Assembly: GCA_039208735.1 (NCBI GenBank)
Contig: JBCCQY010000211.1
Location: 1-12,994 of the forward strand
Length of the DNA stretch: 12,994 nt
Source of the DNA: Myxococcota bacterium
GTDB lineage: Bacteria; Myxococcota_A; UBA796; GCA-2862545
Reading direction: 5' to 3'
The notes under the pieces were generated by a model. It was not told the origin of the DNA and did no database searches. It was given only the letters and a program-made list of their open reading frames with translations. Position numbers and translations under genes: made by a program. Numbering within the stretch: the first letter of the stretch is position 1; each line of letters starts with the position of its first letter. Positions 6,156 through 12,994 of the stretch are shown here, piece after piece.

Positions 6156-9089
6156 TTAACTCTCTTCGAAGAGACTGCGCAGCTCCGAGGCGGAAAGCGT
6201 TCGCAGGAACCCACCGTCTGTGCCAAGGGCGGCGTCAGCCAGGCTACGCTTGGCCGCCTGAAGGTCGAGGATCCTGTCTTCAACCGTACTTTCCGCCACG
6301 AGCTTGATGCTCACGACGGGCTTGTCTTGACCGATCCGGTGGGCTCGGTCGGTCGCCTGCTGCTCGACGGCGGGGTTCCACCAGGGGTCGAGGTGCATGA
6401 CGTAGTCCGCGGCCGTGAGGTTGAGGCCAAACCCCCCCGCCTTGAGGGTGAGCAGGAACACCGGCGGCCCGTCATCGGCCTGAAACGCATCGATAGCCCC
6501 TTGCCGATCTCGCGTCGCTCCGTCGAGGCGAACCCAGGAAATTCCAAGTGCAACGAGGCGTTCCTCGACCCGGTCGAGCAACGACGTCCACTGGCTGAAG
6601 ATGAGGGCCTTGTGATCATCCCCCACCACGTCGACCAAGATCTCTTCCATGCGATCGAGCTTGGCCGAAGGCGCATTCTTGCCGGCATCGCCGGGTAAAA
6701 GGGTAGGGTCGCAACAGGCCTGACGCATGCGCAAAAGCGCCTCGAGCACCTGCATGGTGGACCCGGTGCCCTTCGCGAGGGCCGCCTGAACATCACGCCG
6801 GGCGGTAAGGCGCACCCCTTCATAAACCTTGCGCTGCTCGTCGCTAAGCGCACAGCGCTCTACGATCTCGGTCAGCGGGGGCAACTCGGTGGCGACCTGC
6901 TGCTTGAGCCGACGCAACACATACGGTCGCACCCGGGCCCGCAACTGGCTCTCGGCGCGCCGGTCTCCGTTCTCGATGGGCCGGGCAAAGCGATCCTTGA
7001 AGGCCGATTCGCTCCCGAGCAATCCTGGCATCAAGAAGCGGAACAGACTCCACAGCTCTTCGAGTCGGTTCTCAACCGGGGTACCCGTCAGCGCCACACG
7101 ATGCTTACTGGGCAGTTTGAACGCCGCTCGCGCCGTCTGGCTCTGCGGATTCTTGATGGCCTGGGCCTCGTCCAACACGACATACATCCACGACTCGGCG
7201 GAAAGCCGCTCGAGGTCGATGCGAACCAATGCATACGACGTGATGGTGACGTCGGCATCGGGATCGAGTTCCCGATGAGGCCCATGGAACACGTTGAGCT
7301 TAAGCTCAGGTGCAAACTTCCGGGCTTCCAGTTCCCAGTTGCGGATGACGGAGGTGGGCGCGACCACAAGGTGTTTGCCCCCTGCGTCGAGCATCGCGGC
7401 AATCGCCTGAACCGTCTTGCCAAGCCCCATGTCGTCAGCGAGTACGCCGTTGAGCTCCATGTCGCGCAGAAACCGCATCCATTGCAACCCCGCGCGCTGG
7501 TAAGGCCGAAGATCGGCCTGAAGCCCGTCGGGGGGCTCCACCTCGGGCAGCCCATCATCGCCTTCGAGGAAGCTCCGGAGACGCTGGAGGTTGGGCGGGA
7601 CATCGGCTTCGGTATCTTCGAGCAGTTCGACGAGCGCCGCGGTGCTGTTGCGACCTACGCGGCCTTCGCGGTCCTGCGACTCGAGCAGCTCCTGCAGCAG
7701 GGCCCCATGCTCCGACAGCCAGTTGCGCGGCAATGGCGCCCAGCCACCATCGAGCAAAGGCACGAGCGACCGGTTGGAACGCCACGCTTCGAGCACGGCC
7801 AGCGGATCGGCCTCAATGGTGCCATCTCCCCCAAACTGGACGTCGAGCGCCCACTGCCCCTCGCGCTCTTTGACCGCAATCTGCGGCACGAGCTTGGCCC
7901 CTCGGTGCACGCGAAAACGTTCGGGGTCCACCTTCCCGCGCACCGGCCCTGACAACGTGGGCAGCCGCTCTTCGAGAAACACGGCCGCTTCATCTGGAGG
8001 CAACACGCGCGGGAAGTTGATCGTGAAGCCGGCCTGCTCCTGGAACTCCCGTGCCACCGCGCGCTCGGCTCCCGGATCGCGCGCAGGGACGATGCTGTCC
8101 GACAAGATCTTGAGCTGATTGCCGGCCCCCACCTTGGCAACCGGAGGGTCCCCGTACACGATGTTGGCCTCAACGTGCAGCCCACTCGGGCGCTCCTTCA
8201 GCTCCACCATGACGCGGGGTACCAGCGCGCCTGCATCGGGCAACCGATCCGTCTCGAGATCGACGGGGGCGCGCTCGCGCAGTTTGGGAATCACTTCCGA
8301 GACGAGGGCCGCGACCTCGGGCTGACCGTAGATCACTCCACGCACCAGCATCTGACGTTGTTCGGGCTTGAGGTCGCCATGCGAGGTGGGTCGCAGCACC
8401 CCCTCTTCGAGGGCGGCCCCTCGGTACAGCTCGTCAAGTCCCTTGGGCCGAACCAGCTGAAGCTTGAAACCGCCGCTGTCATCGTCGGTCACCCGAACCC
8501 GAAACGGGAGAGGCTCCGAATTTACCGAAACCGCCCTTCCATCAAGCGTCACGGCCGAATCCGGTTCGAGCACCGAGAGCAGACGACGCACCGAGTCCGC
8601 AGGCAACGCACCGGCATGATGCATCACGAGCAAGCTCTCGGCTTGCACATCGACGCGACTCGCCACCAGCTTCGAGTCGGCGAGAGGTCCCCGCAATGGA
8701 CGCTCGGTCCCGTCAGGGAGGACTGCGAACCGCTCCACCGAGAGCTTTGACCCGTCGCTCGTGAATGCGTAGCGCACCCCGATTCGTTGCTCTTTTGTAG
8801 GCTCGGGCAGTTTGTCGCCTTGTTGTCGTGATTGTTGCAACGCGATGACCGCCGCCGCGGCGTGGACACAGATGTCACCGGGAAGGTCGCAGTCGCAACC
8901 CCAGTCGGCGTCATCGGGCCACAGATACACCTCGTGCCACCGGGACTTGCCCGGTGCCCGCACGCGGAGGTGCACCTCCTCCCCATCGTCAGAAACGCCG
9001 CGTACCCCGCCCTCGCGAGCGAGTTTGACCGCAGCACCCCACACACGCGAGCCTGCCGCCTCGCGCGCAGACGCGAACAGATCGTCCAT
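6156..9089 (-). CDS. SWIM zinc-finger SNF2-family helicase/ATPase
   Basis: N-terminal CDC-x6-CVH SWIM motif. SNF2 motifs LRPYQ, LADDMGLGKT, DEAQ, LTGTPVEN, LIFSQW, GGFGLNLT and DPWWNP..EQQATDRAHRIGQ. Start is ATG 9089 (AAGGTG upstream) or GTG 9095. Confidence 0.93.
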   Translation of the reverse strand: MDDLFASAREAAGSRVWGAAVKLAREGGVRGVSDDGEEVHLRVRAPGKSRWHEVYLWPDDADWGCDCDLPGDICVHAAAAVIALQQSRQQGDKLPEPTKEQRIGVRYAFTSDGSKLSVERFAVLPDGTERPLRGPLADSKLVASRVDVQAESLLVMHHAGALPADSVRRLLSVLEPDSAVTLDGRAVSVNSEPLPFRVRVTDDDSGGFKLQLVRPKGLDELYRGAALEEGVLRPTSHGDLKPEQRQMLVRGVIYGQPEVAALVSEVIPKLRERAPVDLETDRLPDAGALVPRVMVELKERPSGLHVEANIVYGDPPVAKVGAGNQLKILSDSIVPARDPGAERAVAREFQEQAGFTINFPRVLPPDEAAVFLEERLPTLSGPVRGKVDPERFRVHRGAKLVPQIAVKEREGQWALDVQFGGDGTIEADPLAVLEAWRSNRSLVPLLDGGWAPLPRNWLSEHGALLQELLESQDREGRVGRNSTAALVELLEDTEADVPPNLQRLRSFLEGDDGLPEVEPPDGLQADLRPYQRAGLQWMRFLRDMELNGVLADDMGLGKTVQAIAAMLDAGGKHLVVAPTSVIRNWELEARKFAPELKLNVFHGPHRELDPDADVTITSYALVRIDLERLSAESWMYVVLDEAQAIKNPQSQTARAAFKLPSKHRVALTGTPVENRLEELWSLFRFLMPGLLGSESAFKDRFARPIENGDRRAESQLRARVRPYVLRRLKQQVATELPPLTEIVERCALSDEQRKVYEGVRLTARRDVQAALAKGTGSTMQVLEALLRMRQACCDPTLLPGDAGKNAPSAKLDRMEEILVDVVGDDHKALIFSQWTSLLDRVEERLVALGISWVRLDGATRDRQGAIDAFQADDGPPVFLLTLKAGGFGLNLTAADYVMHLDPWWNPAVEQQATDRAHRIGQDKPVVSIKLVAESTVEDRILDLQAAKRSLADAALGTDGGFLRTLSASELRSLFEES

Positions 9090-9165
9090 CAGCACCTTGC
9101 AGGGGTAATCACGGGGCGAAGCTGCGCCCAGGTTCGATCCACCGGATGGTGGGGGAACCGGGTCG

Positions 9166-9474
9166 TCAGCTTGGCTTCACCATGGATTCGAGCTGTCCAG
9201 ACTCCCACATCTGCATCACAATATCGGATCCACCGACGAAATCGCCGTTGATGTAGAGCTGCGGAATGGTCGGCCAGTCCGAGTACTCCTTGATCCCCTG
9301 TCGGATCTCGGGATCGCTTAGGACATCGAACGACTCAAACGGGACGTCAAGCGCCCTTACGATGCTCACCGCCCGCATCGAGAAGCCACACTGCGGAAAA
9401 TCGGGCGTCCCCTTCATGAACAGGAACACCTTGTTGTTCTTGACCAACGAATCGATGCGTTCTTGCGCGCTCAT
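9166..9474 (-). CDS. grxD: Monothiol CGFS glutaredoxin (Grx4)
   Basis: 102 aa with FMKG.P..PQCGFS, WPTIPQLYI.G.FVGGSDI. GGAG RBS upstream. Confidence 0.97.
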   Translation of the reverse strand: MSAQERIDSLVKNNKVFLFMKGTPDFPQCGFSMRAVSIVRALDVPFESFDVLSDPEIRQGIKEYSDWPTIPQLYINGDFVGGSDIVMQMWESGQLESMVKPS

Positions 9475-9486
9475 GGCGTCTCCGAT

Positions 9487-9732
9487 CTAGCCGTGGGGCC
9501 ACTGGTCGGGGGTGAAGGTGCGGAGCTGAAGGGCGTGGATGTCTTCCCGCATGTGGTCACCGAGCGCCCCATAGACCAGCCGATGCTGCTGAATGGGGGT
9601 CTTGTCCACAAACGCCGACGAGGCCACTTCAGCCTGAAAGTGGGCCCCGTCATTGGCAGGGTCAAGGACGATCGCCTGACAGTCGGGCAAGTTGGACTCC
9701 AGCAGGCGCTGGATCCGCTCGGCAGAAAACAT
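9487..9732 (-). CDS. bolA: BolA/IbaG family protein
   Basis: ATG 9732 with GGAG upstream, 81 aa. Motifs DGAHF, F...QQHRLVYGAL and IHALQL.T.TP. Directly upstream of grxD, the classic pairing. Confidence 0.93.
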   Translation of the reverse strand: MFSAERIQRLLESNLPDCQAIVLDPANDGAHFQAEVASSAFVDKTPIQQHRLVYGALGDHMREDIHALQLRTFTPDQWPHG

Positions 9733-9767
9733 CGTCAACTCCGTTCGCCGCAGAAGACGCGGTATCG

Positions 9768-10589
9768 TCACTGCAGAGCCGTGACCACAGCCTCACGAAA
9801 CGCTTCGGCCCGACTTGCGATGGCGGCGCGTCGGGTCACTTCCGACTCGGGCCCAGCACCGTAGAGCACCCCCCGTGAGGAGGTGGGCAACACTTGGGGC
9901 CCCAACGCGCGCAGGGCATCAAAGGTTCCCCCCTGGGCCCCAAATCCCGGGGCGAGGATCCAACGTCCGGGAAGCCGGGCTCGCCAGGCCACTTGCTCGG
10001 GCACCGACAACGTGGCTCCGATGACCACCCCCACCGATGGGGGCTGCTGGGCGACCCAGTCCGCCACCGCTTCGGCCACCCCCGTCACGCTCTGCCAAGG
10101 GGCCGCTCCCGGGTTGGACGTACGCACCAGGACGAAGCACCCACGATCCGCCTTCGTCCTTTCAACAAAGGGCTCGAGGGACTCGGGACCCAGGTAGGGC
10201 GACAACGTCACCGCATCGGCATCGCCGGGGGGATGGTCGAACAACGCCTCGGCATAAGCCTCGGCTGTCGATCCAATGTCACCCCGCTTCACATCGAGCA
10301 ACACGAGCAATCCAAGCTGATGCGCGTGCGCGACCGTCCGATGCAGCACACCGGCCCCCCGCGGCCCCAACGCCTCGAAGAAGGCGGCCTGTGGCTTCAC
10401 AATGGCGGCATACGGAGCCATCGCCTCAAGCGCGTCCCTGGCAAACGCTTCGACGGCCTCGGCCCGAGTCGCAGGGTCTGGATCGACCGCACCCCCACCG
10501 ATCCGAGATCGATGGGGGTCCAGGCCGATGCACACGGGCGCGCCGACTCGTTCGACGCGCGAGGCGAGACGCTCGAGGAACGAACTCAT
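9768..10589 (-). CDS. pyrF: Orotidine-5'-phosphate decarboxylase (type 2)
   Basis: CIGLDP, KPQAAFFE, catalytic DVKRGDIGST, LVRTSNP, PGFGAQGG, SSRG. ATGA overlap with the upstream gene. Confidence 0.96.
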   Translation of the reverse strand: MSSFLERLASRVERVGAPVCIGLDPHRSRIGGGAVDPDPATRAEAVEAFARDALEAMAPYAAIVKPQAAFFEALGPRGAGVLHRTVAHAHQLGLLVLLDVKRGDIGSTAEAYAEALFDHPPGDADAVTLSPYLGPESLEPFVERTKADRGCFVLVRTSNPGAAPWQSVTGVAEAVADWVAQQPPSVGVVIGATLSVPEQVAWRARLPGRWILAPGFGAQGGTFDALRALGPQVLPTSSRGVLYGAGPESEVTRRAAIASRAEAFREAVVTALQ

Positions 10590-12700
10590 CCGCGAATGTC
10601 GAGAACCAGACCCATCGAAGGCGGCGGAGGCGGTTCTTCACCTTCCGGAACCTCGGTCTTGGGCCACTGCTCTTCGTCGACCTTGAACGCGATCATCGAA
10701 AACCGGTCGCGCAGGCAACGCAGCACGCGGCCGTTCTGATTCGGCGACTTCTCATCGATATCGACCTTCACGGAGCCACGACGCGAGAAGGTGAGCGTTG
10801 TGTTCATGGTGCCCGCGATCTCTTCACCTTCGGCCACCATGTCGCTCATGCAGTAGTCGATGGCCGGGAAGTCATGGCTAATCCGCTTGCGAATGTAGTC
10901 CGCGCCGCCCACGGCCTGCGCCACCACGGCCGGCACCGCACCGAGACGTGCGTTGAAGCTTTCCGGAGCCTTCAGCTCGGTGACCTCAAGGGCTTCCATC
11001 CGAAGATCCTGCGGATGATCGGTGGTGAAGCGACACCACTTGCCACTGGGCTCGAGCGTTCCTTCTTCGTTGACCGACATAAGGGTGGGCAAGCAGTTGA
11101 AGGGCAGATCCTTGACCCGGGTGTTTTCACTCAAGGTGACGTGCAGGCCCGTCGCCTCGGTCTCTGCGAAGACCGCATCGGCATAGCGAACCGGCTTGGC
11201 GTCTTCTTCCGAACCGAACCACGCCACCACACCGTTGTTGATGGGACGCTGACCGGCGATGGACCACGCTTCCCGGTCGAGCTTGCGGTCCGACGCCGGA
11301 ACCAACTCGACGGGCAGGAACGTGACCTGGAAGAAATCGAGTTCGACGGGAACTTCAGGCTTCGTTTCAAGGCCGCGAGCGCGCTGCACTTCCTGGAGCG
11401 CCCGACCTTCTTCTTCGGCCCGGAGGAGCAAGAGCGCCTTGCCGCCGGCCTTCTCGATGATGCCGGGCAAGTCAGCCGCCGATTCGCCACTCGCGATGAC
11501 AATCAGGGGACGCAGCGGCGACAATTGACTCACTTCGTCCAGCGCCGTGCCGTCGGCTTCCCAACCCGAACCCGTCCACTTGTGCATCCGACGCCACAGC
11601 GTGCGCTTTTCGGGCTCGGCATCGGGTGGCGAACCGGCCGGCAGCGGAACCGTCTCGCTGCGCCACATCACCACATCACCAAACCCGCCTTCGACGGGGT
11701 GAACACCCACGATCTGTTCGTCGATTTCAAGCAGGGCGTCCGGAAGATCCGGCCCAATCTCAGCGAACACTTCGGTGGCCGGTGCACTGTGTGCAATCGC
11801 GGCAAGCTTGGAAACCTGCCAGTCCTCAAAGCCCCGAACACTGCCCAGAACCCCGAGGAACACCAGCAAGACGGCAACGTCGAACAGCGTGAACCGCTCC
11901 ACTACATCCGACAGTTCGTAGTAGAAGCCGGCGAACGCAACGGCCAAGGCAAACCCGAGGGCCGTCCAGGCGATGATGAGGCTCGGCTGGGTCACGTCCA
12001 TAAACAGACCCATCGCCTCGGCGAGCGAACCTGCATTCGTCGCCAGGCCCTCGGGACCAAACATCGCGATTTCGACGTCTTCGGTGGCGGCGCGGCTCGC
12101 GTACGACATGCCGAGCAACATGCACATGGCCGACGTGAATCGCATGCCGGCGACCCGGTGAGCCTCTTCGTACTCGGCCCGACGAAGGGCCGCGAATGCG
12201 ACGCCGAAGCCACTGAAGCCAAGCAGGCCCACCAACCACAGTCCGTTGGACAGGCCCCATTCACCCGACAGATAGGTGACGAGCGAGCATCCGGCGAGGG
12301 TGAGGACGACCGACCAAATGGTCGCCCAGGGCGTCAGGCGCGCATGCGGTCCCGCCATGAAGGCACCGAGGCCGGCGGCCCAAGCGGCAAAACCGAACAA
12401 CAAGGCCGTGACCCAACGACTGTCCGCGTCGGCGTCCTGGGCCTGCATGAGGCCGTCGAGCGCGCGGCTCACGATCTCGTCGGGAGCCGCGGCTCCGATG
12501 ACGTTCAGCGCCGTATTGGCGTAGTAGAACGAAGCCAGAGCGCCAGCCCCTGCAACCAGCAACGGCACCAAGGCGAATGCGGAGAGCGGAATCCGCCGCT
12601 TCGTGGCGGCGACGCCACCGAGTGCGAGCACGACCAGCAGGCCCAACCCGCCCAAGCCGAGAAACACGACGTTGATTCCGTCGTTGCTCAAATCCGACAT
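10586..12700 (-). CDS. Multi-pass membrane protein (~8 TM) with putative ExbB-like and ExbD-like segments and a C-terminal AgmX/PglI (TonB-C-like) domain
   Basis: 704 aa, ATG with GGAG 9 nt upstream, stop coupled to the pyrF start. About 8 TM helices in residues 11-288, then a large soluble region. Residues ~598-672 (YIRKRI...AIDYC...GTMNTTLTFSRRGSV...S.....VLRCL...F) fit the AgmX/PglI C-terminal pattern. The CDS itself is secure; the domain calls are by eye. Confidence 0.7.
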   Translation of the reverse strand: MSDLSNDGINVVFLGLGGLGLLVVLALGGVAATKRRIPLSAFALVPLLVAGAGALASFYYANTALNVIGAAAPDEIVSRALDGLMQAQDADADSRWVTALLFGFAAWAAGLGAFMAGPHARLTPWATIWSVVLTLAGCSLVTYLSGEWGLSNGLWLVGLLGFSGFGVAFAALRRAEYEEAHRVAGMRFTSAMCMLLGMSYASRAATEDVEIAMFGPEGLATNAGSLAEAMGLFMDVTQPSLIIAWTALGFALAVAFAGFYYELSDVVERFTLFDVAVLLVFLGVLGSVRGFEDWQVSKLAAIAHSAPATEVFAEIGPDLPDALLEIDEQIVGVHPVEGGFGDVVMWRSETVPLPAGSPPDAEPEKRTLWRRMHKWTGSGWEADGTALDEVSQLSPLRPLIVIASGESAADLPGIIEKAGGKALLLLRAEEEGRALQEVQRARGLETKPEVPVELDFFQVTFLPVELVPASDRKLDREAWSIAGQRPINNGVVAWFGSEEDAKPVRYADAVFAETEATGLHVTLSENTRVKDLPFNCLPTLMSVNEEGTLEPSGKWCRFTTDHPQDLRMEALEVTELKAPESFNARLGAVPAVVAQAVGGADYIRKRISHDFPAIDYCMSDMVAEGEEIAGTMNTTLTFSRRGSVKVDIDEKSPNQNGRVLRCLRDRFSMIAFKVDEEQWPKTEVPEGEEPPPPPSMGLVLDIRG

Positions 12701-12777
12701 TTCAGCCTACTCCGAAGCATACGAGGCCGGAGGGTAACCGATCGGCAGCTGGCAATATGTCGACGGTAGGTCAAGGG

Positions 12778-12897
12778 CGGCGCCCCCGGAGGAGACCATC
12801 GTTGGGAAACGATCTTCTCGGTGTCCCAAAGATCCCGACCTTGAACAGACCGGGTGCTTCACCCCTGGGACTTCCTCCTCCGTGGGGTCACGCGCCG
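12778..12897 (-). ncRNA. Candidate structured RNA (three-way junction, ~120 nt), family not recognised
   Basis: Hand-folded. A 17-bp interrupted closing stem and two internal bulged hairpins. Five G-U pairs form on the minus strand that would be A-C mismatches on plus. Confidence 0.45.
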
Positions 12898-12994
12898 AAG
12901 AGGAACTGGAAAATTCTTCTTTGAGTACCACCCGGCTGAGCCCCCAGCCAATCCATGCCCCGTCCAAAGCTCCAGATCGGAAATTCCTTTCCCA

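Noticed and set aside
6156..9089. SNF2 helicase as part of an anti-phage system (DISARM, Zorya ZorD, BREX)
   Set aside because: No methylase, nuclease, DUF1998 or ZorC neighbours. The nearby motor-like protein lacks the ZorA tail and the ZorB OmpA-like domain. The SWIM-SNF2 architecture is a widespread stand-alone type.
9128..9143. GGTTCGATCC resembling a tRNA T-loop or att site
   Set aside because: No T-stem, acceptor stem or cloverleaf, and no integrase in the window.
10037..12769. 910-aa ORF on the + strand
   Set aside because: Antisense shadow of the 704-aa gene and pyrF. Arg/His/Gly-rich composition and no recognisable motifs. Long stop-free antisense frames are common in GC-rich coding DNA.
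12778..12897. Assignment of the structured element as 5S rRNA or 6S RNA
   Set aside because: Size and three-way shape recall 5S, but the conserved CCGAAC and loop-E motifs are missing. CCTTGAAC on + recalls 6S, but it lacks the long rod with central bubble, and the G-U pattern favours the minus strand.
12707..12967. 86-aa minus-strand ORF as a leader peptide
   Set aside because: No convincing SD, non-ATG start, no recognisable protein features, and it spans the structured element.
1..12994. CRISPR arrays, IS elements, tandem repeats, remaining short ORFs
   Set aside because: No regularly spaced repeats, transposase motifs or terminal inverted repeats seen by eye. The other listed ORFs overlap stronger genes.

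Overview
GC-rich bacterial window, most consistent with a Myxococcota/deltaproteobacterial lineage (inferred from the protein families). Ten credible CDS. On the + strand, a TonB-dependent receptor is coupled to a lipoprotein. A LolA/LolB-fold (DUF4292-like) lipoprotein (-) is divergent from an HcaT/MFS_1-like permease (+). A long minus-strand run follows: 704-aa membrane protein > pyrF > bolA > grxD > SWIM-SNF2 helicase > orphan cpaB. The most interesting object is the 704-aa protein. By eye it reads as two ExbB/TolQ/AglR-like 3-TM units, an ExbD/TolR-like Asp-bearing helix and periplasmic domain, and an AgmX/TonB-C-like domain, i.e. a possible single-chain proton-motor-like protein. About 77 nt upstream of it is a ~120-nt three-way-junction element whose G-U pairs favour the minus strand (candidate ncRNA or leader). 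No mobile elements, CRISPR arrays, tRNA or rRNA were found. All family calls come from motif recognition, not database searches.
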